From contig NC_134473.1 of the NCBI RefSeq assembly GCF_964194025.1, positions 63,116,001 to 63,180,000 of the forward strand: a stretch of 64,000 nt of DNA, written 5' to 3'. The notes beneath the pieces were generated by a model. The model did not search any database and was not told the DNA's origin. It was given only the letters and a program-made list of their open reading frames with translations. This document shows, one piece after another, positions 14,583 to 26,575 of this stretch. The position numbers and the translations under genes are program-made. Position 1 is the first letter of the stretch. Every line of letters starts with the position of its first letter. The stretch comes from Convolutriloba macropyga (taxonomy: Eukaryota).

Positions 14583-14843
14583 CCGTACCTAACGTTCAGT
14601 GAGTATCAAAACTGAATCAGAGTATTTTCAGAGAAACTTTAGTTTTCAGAGCTGAATCAAAGATTTCAGAACAATTCTTAATTTTCCTGAATCAGAGCAA
14701 AATTCAGAACCTATCTCTGAATTCTTTTGAAGCAGAGGACGCTAAGAATGATTTTTATGATTTGGCTCTGAGAAAATTTGGTGCAAAATAAGACCTGAAA
14801 CAGCTTCTGAATCAGTATTGAATTTGCTTTCGATTAGGTACGG
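14583..14843. mobile_element. MITE-like element
   Basis: TIRs ccgtacctaa ... ttaggtacgg, with internal ctgaatca(g) repeats. No convincing TSD. Confidence 0.55.
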
Positions 14844-15377
14844 GAACGAGCAGCCGTACGACCACGTTATCACATGGTCAAAATGTGATTGCATGAAAGT
14901 TTAATTATTATAGATGTTAACTCATAATTGTAGATAGCTGTTCAAATTTCTGGAAGTGATGCTATATTTTATATTTTTTTTTACCCGGGACGAGGTTTTA
15001 TGAGAAATAATGTAAGAATTGCGATAGATAGCGGTCAAAAAATTGTTCATCGCAAAGTGCTCACATCTTCTAGCGCTGAATCAGGTGAAATTTCATACAT
15101 GAGTTGCAATAGTTAACGATTAAACCTTAATTTGCACTGTTTTCACCGCAATTCTTACAATTTCTAGTGCTTTTTTCAGCGGTGACACTTTGTGAACTTC
15201 CGCCACCATATGGCTTACAAATTACTTAGCACGATATGGCTTACAATTTTCGCTCTAAACATGCTATGTTAGATAAAAAGTACTGGAGAATTATGATTCT
15301 GTGACTCGATGCAAAATTTTTCGTGGGCGTTCAAAATTTTTCTCAAAACCATGAAATGAAATTCATCCTGCTCTTAG

Positions 15378-15656
15378 ATTTCGCCTGAACAAGAGAACGA
15401 AGGAGCCAGAGGCCAAAGCGGAGAGGCCGGACAAACTGGAACGGGCACTTGAGATGAGAAGAAGAAGTTCCAACTTGTCGATAGCCTCTATGCCCGAGTT
15501 GTGTCGGAGGGTGTCAAAGGATGTGCAGCAGTATTTGGAGGGGAGGAGGTTTTCCCTTCAGTCTGCTCTGCAAGCGAGGAAAAAGTCAACTGATGATCAA
15601 GTTAATCAGCTACAAGAGTATTCATATGAACAGTCAAATGTACTCACCCAACCCGA
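15378..15656 (+). CDS. Host orphan gene, exon 2 (FRLNKRTKEPEAKAERPDKLERALEMRRRSSNLS...); 3' boundary uncertain
   Basis: Acceptor ctcttag| at 15377, open frame and exon-like composition. A phase-2 donor is needed; candidates are ga|gttagc (15657), ca|gtcaaa (15633) and ga|gtattc (15618). Confidence 0.7.
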
Positions 15657-16644
15657 GTTAGCATTAATTCTAGAATTTCTTTCCGTCCCCTTGATTTTTT
15701 TTTGTTTTCTTAACCCCACTTGACAATAACGCAATTATAAGTCGAGTAAAAAGTCGGACGTCACATTTTGGGTCGAGCAGAAATCCAGCGTGACAAAATG
15801 AGTCTATAACCACAACCCAGCTCTCCACTAAAGTCGACTTAAAGTCTTTTCATACATTGTACGGCCTTTACCGTAACGCTTTCGGTCGGGAATGAGCACT
15901 TCATGAGCCGAGACCAAATCTAGGGCCAACAAAAACGATCTAATATTGGCTAAAGCATCGTCGATATAAAAAAGAGTCAAAATCTTCACCTATTGACTCT
16001 TTCTTATGTTCTGAGTCTAGAAAACTTCAGTACGTTCAGTTTAAAAAGATTCGGCATGAAGTTTAGTTTCAACACTTAAACCTCTCGTGTATTTGGTAAC
16101 AAATAATTAGTAAATAATACATGTTTTTGCTCTGATGATGGATTTTTGAATTGCATAGTACGAAAAAAATATATCAATTACAAAAAGAATTAGCCATCAG
16201 TGCTGATTGTCCAACTAACTCAAACCGAGTATTTGAAAACGTAATCCCATCGTCGAAAGCAATTCGCGACCTGGGATAATTTTGTACGGTGTCAGGACAA
16301 TATACCCAATACCATAATACCCAATGCCATAATACCCAATTCCAAAATACCCAATGTGCCAAAATACCCAATGCCAAAATACCCAATGCCAAATTACCCA
16401 ATGCCATTATACCCAATTAAATTATACCCAATGCCAAACTACCCTATTTATAATTTAATAGTTATAATCTTGAAATTAAGGTATAATCCCACAATTAGAG
16501 TACCAGTCTACCATTAAATTCAAATTAACTAATTAGACGCAATTTAAGTAAACAAGACGCAAAATTATCACAGAAACTGAATTGTTCAAAGAAACTTGAC
16601 TCGTTATTCTAGTCTTTAAACTTGGCCAAATATAGACGCTAAAC

Positions 16645-17097
16645 ATGAGCGAAATAACTTGGGGTACGTCCCAACAGAACCGATTAACTTTAATCCTTGA
16701 TGGACATGAGTTTCAAAAGAAGTTAGAAACAAAAACTACTACGCATTGGAAATGCTCAAAATGGAGCTCTTATAAATGTAAAGTTACGGCCATTACCACT
16801 GGAAAACAATTACTATCCAAGAAAAACGAGCACAACCACGAAATTGTTCCGGGACATGTACAAGCAAAACAGATCATTGGTCAAATGAAGGAGACAGCGA
16901 GAACGGAACAGAACCCAGTAAATAACATGATAATTGCCAGCAGTCTGTTACCAATCGGGTCCGATATTGCAACGCAGCTGTCTTTGCCAACCAGATCTCC
17001 CCATGCACTCCCATGCACTCCCAACACCACCCATAGCTGGTATCGGCAGGTTTTCCTGACTTCTTCCCAGTTCTTTAGTTTCCAATCTTTTTATTAA
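16645..17097 (+). pseudogene. Truncated MULE transposase N-terminus (FLYWCH zinc finger)
   Basis: LILDGHEF...HWKCSKWSSYKCK...EHNHE fits the FLYWCH pattern. Homology ends near 16995 (LSLPT); no DDE domain. Confidence 0.85.
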
Positions 17098-17132
17098 GTC
17101 AACTTTTAATTTTTCGTGAAAATTTTTTAATC

Positions 17133-17194
17133 GCCGGAATTCGAACCTCCGCCGTGTTTTTTGTTGCATGCATTAACTGCCGCGCCAATTCCGC
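17133..17194 (-). other. tRNA-like Pol III head (degenerate) inside the MULE
   Basis: Minus strand has A-box-like TGGCGCGGCAGTTAATGC and B-box GGTTCGAATTCC. No intact cloverleaf. Confidence 0.55.
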
Positions 17195-17252
17195 TTTGAT
17201 GTTTGCAGTGATATTTTTGTTATCTTTTATGTGTTAAGTTTAAACAAATTTA

Positions 17253-17350
17253 ACCTAAAAGGCGATTTGACCTAAAAGGCGGTTTGACCTAAAAGGCGGT
17301 TTGACCTAAAAGGCGGTTTGACCTAAAAGGCGGTTTAACCTAAAAGCGGC
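17253..17350. repeat. 17-bp minisatellite (acctaaaaggcggtttg) x about 5.7
   Basis: Direct tandem copies visible, with no spacers. Confidence 0.95.
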
Positions 17351-19163
17351 ATTTCAATTGTCAAGTTGTTTGTTCTCTTTTATGTTTTTCTGTGCAAGCG
17401 TTCTAAAAGTTGACGTCATTTCTTTAAAGCACAATTAGGCCATACCATTTCGCCTTTGAACTTAAAATGAGCATTCTTTATCAAAGTTAGCATCAAAATG
17501 ATTATTGTTATTATTACGATTGGGTATATTGGCATTGGGTATTTTGGCATTGGGTATATTGGCATATTGGGTATAATGGCATTGGGTATTTTGGCATTGG
17601 GTAGAATGGCATTGGGTATATTGTCATGTAACCATTTTGTACTACAATGGACATCAGGCGGTGCTGCTGCGCTTAATTTATCGTGACTTCTCGGCGTCCA
17701 TAACGGCGCTGAGACATCAAGTAACTTGATTGAAGCGACGTTCTTCACAAAGAACATTGGTGCAATTATCTGTTGAGATGTCGGTTTCCATATTTGGCTT
17801 TCAAAAAGGCATTCAAAAGGAATGGCCATACTTATAGTAGAAGCTATCAATTGTTATTGTTTCTATCATTTGTTATTGCTTTTCACAAACTAGTGCAATT
17901 ACTCACTGTAGTTTGCTTTCGTTGATCTGCTGTGATGGATCTAGCTTGAAACGTGTCCGCTGATTTTTAAAAACTCCGATCCTATCTATATAGAGTCGTA
18001 TGCAGCTCAACCTCACCCATAGGAAAGGAAGGGCCAGTAGTCCTTCTTCAAATGAGATTAACTCAATTTGCAGGTAGCTAAACATCCATACAGGGTTTTG
18101 CACTTTGATTACATCACCGAAAATGGGAAATTGAATTGACTGACTGGTAAGTTAACTGACTGGTCAGTGTTGGCTGAATTATATATTGAACTATGTTAAA
18201 ATTAACAGACATTGTTAATATAGGAAATTCGATTTGTAAAAAAATATTTTTTGAAAAAGAACCATTACAGATGTAGAAATATCGTTTAGGTGGTATAGCT
18301 ATCAGCATGTTTTACTTTTGAAGAAACACTGTCACAACGCTCAATATCCCCTGCCATAAACTATGTGGTTTCAAATTACCTTATTTAAGTCAATTCTGCG
18401 CGAGATAAATGTTGAAATTACCTCATAATTGCTGCAATCTTGTTCGCAAGCAAATGAGTTGGAAACTTACACATTTGTGGTCTTTCTTATCACAATTACC
18501 AAGCAAAACTTAGCTTTTAAGTCGGTTTGGACTGTCACTTCCAAATTTATGAAAAAGTTATCGGGGATGTTTTTTGTTCCCTCCCCCCCAAATGGGTGCA
18601 TATTAACACAATCAAACTCTTTAATGGCATGATCTCTGTAGGTGGAAAGTGCACAAATGGAACAATCTTTTGTCTGCACACACGACAAATCCCATGACAT
18701 AATAAAGGCTGTATAGTTTTATGTAAAAAGAGCAAATTCTGTTATTTTTTGTTAAGTATGCTTTATTGCAGCTTTGCATTTATAAGCAACGAATTTTTAT
18801 TCCTTTGGAAAACATTCTTGAGAAATGGATGGTTGCGTTGACTATTGACGGAGTGCGTTATCAAAGAAATCCCGGATTAAAGTCTGATCGAAGAGTATTG
18901 CTAAAAACGATAATTTGCGGTTAATGCTGCAAATTTTTTAAATTTTCACCGCAAAAAATGCTGTTCCCGGCGAAAGTTTGACCAACGACATGATCATGAA
19001 GTGTCCTGGGTCGAGAAATTTTCCAAAAATAATGTAGGAAATACATTGAATACGCTTTCAGTTGTACAGTAAAGGATTACAGGAGTTAGATTAAGGGTGA
19101 AATCTAGTCCACGGAGGTACGTTTGCAGCTGCTTTGTTTTCTAATACTCTTGTTTTTTGTTAG

Positions 19164-19483
19164 CATGAGGCGTGCAAAATCCCGCCCACGCAGGATGTCA
19201 ATCCAGGAGGATTGTGTGGCCAGACTGAAGCGGATGAACACGGAGGAAGGTGGAAGTGGAAAAGACGGAGGCAGGAATCACCTTCCAGTGCAGCCACCCA
19301 AATGCAAAATGAACAAGGAGAGACTTGAAGCTCTTTCGTGTCCCCGGCAGGCACTGGTTCTCAACGTGAACAATGGGACAGAGTTTTGCAAGTTTACCAA
19401 GAGCACTTTGACCCACAAACAACTGAGGAATATTGATAGGAACCACCTCAGTACAGTCTACAATTTCTCATTAGATGAGTATG
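19164..19483 (+). CDS. Host orphan gene, exon 3 (MRRAKSRPRRMSIQEDC...FSLDEY)
   Basis: Branch-like ctaat, polypyrimidine tract and ttag| acceptor at 19163. Canonical donor G|GTGAGT at 19484, phase 1. Confidence 0.85.
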
Positions 19484-19789
19484 GTGAGTTCTGCCAAATT
19501 GGATCTTGATCCCAACCCACCTTCTCCCCCATTCGGTAAGGAACACCAGATAAATTATGCTTTACTATAAAGCAAGCTACTATGTAAGAATTATCTCGTG
19601 TTGTGCTTTTATGGATCTGTTTTGCCTCCCCGGAGGGGGCATATCGACCATTAAAAAGCAGATCTTACTAAACTTATGGTTTTCTGAAGTTTTGAGAGGA
19701 AAATTTTGAAGGAATTGAAATTGGCAGTTAACCAAACAAACCGACTAACGACAGGCGGGGAAATTTTTTGGGTGAAAAACTGGTATCTG

Positions 19790-20050
19790 ATAGTGGCTGG
19801 AATCTGATGCGGCAGTCCTTGTATTACCGGCAGGAAACGAACTTACCCAATCCTCAACACGTTTCGTGCTTCTAGTTGATCCCCTATCTCTAAATAAGTT
19901 CAGTTCACTTGAGTGATGGCTAAATAACGGACAATTATCCCACAACTCCGCCTCGTTTAATTTAGCTGCGGCAACGCGCTGGCGATGATCCTCCTCTAAT
20001 TCCTGAATTGGCATCTGCTCTAATTGCATTTGTATTTCAAGGGCAACCAC
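19790..20050 (-). pseudogene. Inverted BEL/Pao gag N-terminal fragment
   Basis: LEQMPIQELEEDHRQRVAAAKLNEAEL...VEDWV resembles the coiled-coil gag N-terminus of BEL/Pao. It abuts the forward element head-to-head. Confidence 0.55.
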
Positions 20051-20059
20051 CGGCTGTGG

Positions 20060-23000
20060 GAATGCCGTGTCTTCAAGGAAAAGACACCCTGAGGCAAAGC
20101 TCTGTTTCTATTGCTTGCGTGATAAACACATGTTTAGGCAATGCCCAAGTCCCCGTAAGTGTAGGAAAGATGGCTGCAACAGCTCCCATAACACCTTAAT
20201 TCACGGAGCTGAAAGGGTTTTTCCAGCTAAATCCTCAAATGACAACATCAATAATTCGAAGTCGAATGCAGGTACTAGTAGGCCAACTACTGGTCAACAG
20301 CAACCAAGCAAAACGACCACTTTGTCTTCTGTCACTGATGTCAAAGGACTCCTTCAGGTGACGGAACTGAAACTCACTAATTGTTCTTGTACTAGTACTA
20401 CGGCGTTGGTTTTATGCGATACCGCTTGCAGTAACTCTTGGGTGTCCAATAGTCTCGCAGCTAGACTCGGTTTGCAAGGTACAGCATTAAAACACCGTCA
20501 AGGGTATAAACACAGAAGAAATCATCGACACAAAGGTGGTTCAATTGACCGTGACACCTCATAGAGATCGAGAATTCGAAGAATTTACTGTACGTCCCTA
20601 TGTGAGGGAAACATCAAACGTAGGTTCCGACATCATTATCGTTAAAAACATGCAAGAAACTTACCCACATCTGGCAGTCCTAGATCCAGTAAGAGATAGA
20701 TATGGAGACATTGAGATGATACTAGGACAGGATGTCTACCATGCCATCCGCCCGTTAGAGTATTTTGCAGCCGACGAAAGTGCTCACTGTTCGTTGTCCG
20801 CTTGCCCATAGGTTGGGTTCTAAGCGGCCCACTCCCGTCAAGTTCAAGTTTAGTCTCGACATGCTTGAAAGCCAATATTGAACATGATTATCAACTGGCT
20901 TGTCAAGTTAAGTCATGGTACGATATGGAATCGTACGGCGCGTACAAGCAGGTTGACCCACGATCCGCAGCAGATGCTCGCGCGCAGGAAAAACTTCAAA
21001 CAACAACCTTTCATAACGGCGAAAGATACGGTGTCGGTATGTTATGGGCTGATGACAACATTCAGCTCCCCAATAACTACTTTTTGTCACTGGTGCAACT
21101 TAAATCTCTCGAGAAGCGGCTCTCGAGAGACACAACGTTGAAAGAAAATTACGCTAAGACTATCAGTGAAGACCTGGGAAAAGGTTACGTAATTAAAATC
21201 CCTGATGCTCATATGGTCGCACAGCTGTCGGATAAAGAAAGGTACCTACCACATCATACTGTAATCAACCCGAACAGACCGGGGAAAAGGCGTAGGGTAA
21301 TGAATGGTTCAGCAAAGTTCCACGGTACTTCTTTGAATAAATCTTTGCTCACTGACCCCGACCTACTCCCAAACCTAATCCATGTGCTACTTAGGTTCCG
21401 TCAACATCAATTCACTGTGTCTGCAGATATCGAGGGCATGTTCCTCCAAATGGGTGTCCCTGACTGTGACCAGCCATCACTGCGTTTTTTGTGGCGGGAG
21501 GACCCTGAAACTAATGTTGCAGTGTATCAATACACGCGCCAAATATTTGGGGCTAAAGACTTGCCCACATGCGCCAACTATGCATTGCAACGCACGGCCC
21601 GAGACAACATAGGTCAGTACCCAGAGACAACACTTGCCGTCCTAGAAAACTTTTTACATGGACGATTACTTGGATTCGATGGAATCGCCTGAGGGCTCTC
21701 AATAGATTGAAGAAATTGGTGCATCTTCTCCATTTAGGTGGGTTCAAGCTTACTAAGTTTAAGCAATGTACCAAATCTGGCTGATGAAATTAATGGGTCA
21801 CCTCAGTCCACCGAACCAAAAGTAATCGCCTCATCTAAGGAGGAATCTTCGCATGTGCTTGGGTTGAAATGGGATCACAACAAAGATACTCTAGTTGTGA
21901 GTCGGGGTACCTCCAGTACAGTAAATAAGTCTCTAACACAACGCTTGGTATTGAGCATAGTGTCTAAGGTATTTGATCCCATCGACCTAGTGGCACCATT
22001 TACCGTTGGTTCCCGATTGTTACTAAAGGACGTCTGGCGTGTCGGCGGGCAGCACTGAGATGAAGAATTAACAAAAGACACTGTTGAAAGGTTCCTGGAA
22101 TGGAGTGTAGAACTACCCAAGCATGCCAAAATCACTATATCAAGGAGTGGGCTTCTAGTGGGCTAAAAACAGCTTGCATGTCCTGGGTAAGCTCGCGTAG
22201 CACCTATGAAGGTGATGAAAATTCCAAAGCTAGAGCTGCAAGCTGCCCTACTGGCCGCTCGGTTGAAACAAGACATCTGTCGAGCCCTTACTGTGCATGT
22301 TAACAAAGTTTTTATGTGGACCGATAGCATTACTGTCTTGCAGCGGCTTAACTCCCCAAGCAAGCAGCCAATATTTATTGCAAACCGTGCATGCGAGATT
22401 TTAGAACACACTAGCGTTGATGAATGGAACCACGCTGCCTCAAGCGATAATCCGGCAGATGCCGGTACTCGTGGTATGTCCGCTGAGGTCTTGCAATCAA
22501 GTAGCCGGGTGAGGGGTCCAGATTTCTTAATAACCAAAGAATTCCCGTTCGGTCCAAGCACCGAAGTAGTTAAAATCATCAAACTTGGTATTGTAACTAA
22601 GGAAATTGATGAAACGAATACATCATTGGCCGCATCTGTAACCAAGTCAGATAAGGAGCCACCCCAGCAACTTCCCTTCGATAAGTACAGTTCTTATGAA
22701 AAGTTGCTACGGATAACAGCGCACGCACTCCGCCTGTTACCTTCTCACGAATGTTACCGTAATGCCGATGGTAGCATCGTAGACACCACTGAGCGTGAAG
22801 CCGAACGTCATCTTCAGTACCTCGTGCAAGGGAGCCATTCAATGCGGAGAGAAAAGATCTCCTCGAAAGCAAATCCGTTAAACGGACTAGCCGTATTGCT
22901 CCGTTTTCTCCCTTTATTGGACCAAATTGTCTAATCCGATCGGTCGGTCGCATCAAACGGTTGGTCGAAGTTGACTTTGATGTGAAAGATCCTATCGTTC

Positions 23001-24378
23001 TCGACGCACGCCATGTATTTGTAACGCTGTTCCTTGGGCACACCCACGTTAAACATCATCACCAAGGTATTGACTACCTGCGGGCTAAAAAAACAAGAAC
23101 GTTATATCATCCTCAAATTACGATCCTCACTGCGTTCAATTAAATCCAACTGCGTCACGTGCAAAAAGTTCCGAGCTGCCACTATTCAAACCATCATGCT
23201 GATCTCCCAGTAGAAAGACTCGCATACCAGTCTCCTCCCTTCACGAACACCGGGGTCGACTACTTCGGCCCGTTTTACGTTACTTTACGTAGGACTACCG
23301 AAAAGAGATGGGGTTTCCTCTTCACATGCTTAACTACTTGTGCCGTTCATGTTGAGATCGTTCCGTCCATGGACGCCAGTTTGTGTGTAATGGGAGTGGA
23401 GCGGTTCGTTTCCCGTCGGGTACACCTGCCATTATTTGGTCAGACAATGGCACGAACTTTGTTGGCGCCGATAAATAACTACGCGAGAATATCGAAAAGT
23501 GGAACACCATCAACATCGCCGTCGAACTTGCCCACAAAGGCGTTAAGTGGAGGTTCAATCCGCCCAGTGCGCCACACCAAGCTGGCATCTGGGAGAGGCT
23601 GGTACGTAGTTTTAAGCGAATACTTTACACCATCTTCGGTACTCGTCGCCTCACTGAACGAAGTTTTGAACTCTATTCTTGTCTCGTCGAATATGCAAAT
23701 AACTCAAGCCCATAAGCGCCGACCCGTCCGAGCTAGGCGCAATAACACCTAATCATTTCCTACTCGGTTACCAAGCAACACCAATTCCGTCAATCGTTGG
23801 CGTCGACGAATTCGATCATCGTAAACGGTACGCCCGCGCTCACTCGCATGCTAACACTGTTTGGGCACGTTGGATCAAAGAGTATGTGCAGGCGCTGAAC
23901 CGACGTTCCAAGTGGCAGACGCCTGCCGAGCAACACCTTAAGACTGGCTACTTGGTCTGGGTAGTTGAAGAGACCAACCCAAGGGGTTACTACCCTACTG
24001 CTCGGATCACTGAACTGCGTTACGGTTCCGACAGCGTCGCACGCTCCGTATTGAGCACGTCCACCGGATCACTCGTCCGCCTGCTTGTAAAATTGTTGCC
24101 GATTCTCCCAACATCTTCTCCTGGGCCGGAGGATGTTACTGAGTAAACGAATAATATATCAAAATGCGTCATTTTATAAGCCAATCAGATTTAAGTATAT
24201 AAATTGCGTGCGGAATTGCGTCTAATATGCATAGAAATTTCCAAAAAAAGTTCGTATAACCTAATTTTAAGTAATTAATATCATGATATGCATCAAATAA
24301 GGTGGTTTTCGGCTTAATATTTTCAGGTCCTTTAGACGATTGTTGATCGAATATGAACCGATTCTGATATCAATAACA
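20060..24378 (+). mobile_element. BEL/Pao LTR retrotransposon relic (gag zinc knuckles, protease, RT, RNase H, integrase, partial 3' LTR) in intron 3
   Basis: Gag: CFYCLRDKHMFRQC..C...C..SHNTLIH. Protease: LCDTACS. RT: YLPHH, LLRFRQH, ADIEGMFLQ, LRFLWR, YMDD (about 21655). RNase H region: PKLELQAA, DNPADAGTRG. Integrase: GVDYFGP, FTCLTT.AVH, SDNGTNFVG, WERLV. PPT-like gggccggagga is followed by TGTTA at 24134, with a possible TAACA end at 24378. Frameshifts and an RNase H deletion; no 5' LTR. Confidence 0.97.
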
Positions 24379-25384
24379 TCAGACGAAAAACCAGTAAGAG
24401 CGCAAAAAAACCTTGCCGTCTAAACGCTCACTTGTTGTTATGATCGTACCAATCTTAATACGTTGCTTAATGTTAACGAGGCTCACTGTTGAATACGTTT
24501 TCGCTTATGAGTTAATTATACGAAAGAGTGTTGTTTTGTTACACCTTTAATATATTTGATATGGGCTGGAACCAGCAACCTCCAGGATAGCAGTCACACA
24601 TCGTAAACATAATTGCTTAGAACTTCGTTCGAGAGCAACTAATAAGACTGAAAATACGGAAGAGTCTCTTCTTTATTTCCCGCTGAAGAGAACGTTTTCC
24701 AGATAGCTCTGAAACTTTTCTGTCATTTTGACTAGACGTCTGATCACACAATTGACCAACCAAATAAACCTCTCACTATCCTAAAATTCTTGATTTTATG
24801 GGCACATGAAACCTATGATTTCGAGCATCAAAACTGGACAGCTAAAAATGAATACTTGTAAATTGAACAGGTGCGTCATTTTTGTTTGGGATAGCCGACA
24901 CTCGGTTAAAACATTCTTTTTATCAAAATCAACAGGTTAATGGGACGATGGGGAAGGAGGATTAATGGAAAACTTCGTCCCCAGATTTGAAAAAATGACT
25001 TTCCAAAATTGAAAATTAAAATTATAACCAGAAGACTAAACATAATTGAAAGCGAAAAAGTATTATGAATTATACACTCATCCATTTGTTTCGCACAATG
25101 AACTCTAACTTTCAAATTAATTAAAATAATGAATGTTGTTTTCTTCCAAAAATTAAGAATAACTTTTGAACGCTCCTAAGTTGCTAAATAAAGAAAAGTT
25201 TATATGAGCCATAAAACGTTGATTAATTTTTGAACATTTTTTTGTTGCTCTTACCTTATTAAAGTGAAGACAACACTAGCTTGAATGTCTTTAAATGATT
25301 GTCAAAAATGTGCTTTATAATTTACCTGTTATGCATAAGTAAGTTTCTCGATTTGAATAATTTTGTGCTTTTTTTGTCTAATAG

Positions 25385-25770
25385 ACAAGAAAATGTCAAT
25401 GGTGGATCGGAGGCTGAACAGAGCGAGGTCAACTGCAGGGGTCACGAGAGAGGGGGAGGAGGTGGCATCCTATTTAGACAAGAGGATGGGACGGGACAGG
25501 ACTGGTGGACGTGCTTCGGAAAAAGCACAACTTATCGAGGGTATGAGACGGCTGGAGGAGGCGGAATACGGATACAACATTGCCAAATGCCACCTGTGGT
25601 TGAGCACTACGACAGTAGCCGGACTAATTCCACCGGCGCAGAAACGGGGAGGTCACAGCAACGCAAAATTGCCACAAGATGAAGATGCAGAAAGCGATAC
25701 AGATACTACAGAAAGTAGCAGTCAAAAAGACGTGAGACCCGTAACTGTTCGGGCTCCAAGAATAAATTAG
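25385..25770 (+). CDS. Host orphan gene, terminal exon 4 (KKMSMVDRRLNRARSTAG...RAPRIN*)
   Basis: T-rich tract plus ctaatag| acceptor at 25384. Phase 1 exactly completes exon 3 (G+AC = Asp). AATAAA at 25761 and 25984. Confidence 0.85.
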
Positions 25771-25809
25771 CAAATTGCTCAGTTTTTGAGCACATGATCA
25801 AATTTATGA

Positions 25810-26074
25810 GAACCTTTTCCGTTTGCCCCCCCCCCCGTTTAGTGATTTGCACAGAAAAAAACAGCTCTTCACTCCAAGTGTCAGGCTTTTTGTGCCCGTG
25901 CGATATCTACTATTGATGTTATAATTTGTTTATCGTAAACAAATTATTATTATGTTATTTGCACCCCAAAGCCCATATTTATAAATAAAGTGTTACTATA
26001 TAATGGCATCTGCTTTGTAACTGAGGGTAGGGGAGGGGGGTGCATAATGCAGTGAGGCCACAAACGGAAAAATC
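25810..26074. mobile_element. Degenerate copy of the ggatcttttccgtttgtgccc MITE family
   Basis: ttttccgtttgcccccc ... cacaaacggaaaaatcc termini. The internal ttactatataatggca is shared with the 28007 copy. Confidence 0.6.
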
Positions 26075-26466
26075 CCTTTCTGACTGGCATACTAAATTTA
26101 GAATTCGTAATAATTGAGTCAATAAGCGAAAATTAATTAACGCTAATTATCGTATATTTACATCTCTTTTATTTAGAACCAAAGATGTGTAACGATTTTG
26201 GATTGGTTTTTACCTAATTCCTTCAAACAGAATGGTGATTTCCTCTTGGTCTTCGCTGAATGAAAGAATCATTTTGGGGCATGCTAAAAATCGATCAATT
26301 AACGGTGAAAGCATTTTCTACTATTTTCACCGATTTATAATGGTGTACACCTCAACCTTGCACACTTCAAATCTATGAAGCTCTAAACAACGCTAACCAG
26401 CCATATGAAAAAATCCACGTGCACTGACGAAGTCTGGCGCGTTCTAAGATAATCGGGCTCTATAGA

Positions 26467-26575
26467 CGGGGTTTCCCATTAAAACCCCCACGAAATTATA
26501 GCCCCCTTATGGCTGTTTACTATGATGGGAGATACAGGTTATCTGACGGGGTGGGGGATAATGGGAAATACCCCC
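26467..26575. repeat. Small inverted-repeat element (MITE-like)
   Basis: ggggtttcccatta...taatgggaaatacccc inverted ends. Confidence 0.4.

Larger units (their letters stand above)
16288..17633 (+). mobile_element. Non-autonomous Mutator-like (MULE) element with tandem-repeat TIRs and 9-bp TSD
   Basis: TSD attttgtac at 16279-16287 and 17634-17642. Termini are ggtgtcaggacaatatacccaat / attgggtatattgtcatgtaacc. About 9-10 and about 7 copies of a 15-mer (atacccaatgccaaa) lie in inverted orientation at the two ends. Internal FLYWCH ORF. Confidence 0.92.
19734..24642 (-). mobile_element. Helentron-like (HINE) termini bracketing a BEL/Pao relic
   Basis: Left end aaacaaaccgactaacgacaggc is the family terminus with an internal deletion between aacg repeats. 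Right end is aattgcttagaacttcgttcgagagcaactaa. The family body motif tcagacgaaaaa appears at 24379. Confidence 0.65.

Noticed and set aside
17253-17350. 17-bp repeats (and the 15-bp repeats at 16300-16445) as a CRISPR array
   Set aside because: Contiguous tandem units without spacers, eukaryotic context and no cas genes.
16174-17850. GILAL/PNAKI repeat ORFs (16174-16416, 17416-17850, 17498-17686) as real proteins
   Set aside because: They are translations of the 15-bp MULE TIR subrepeats.
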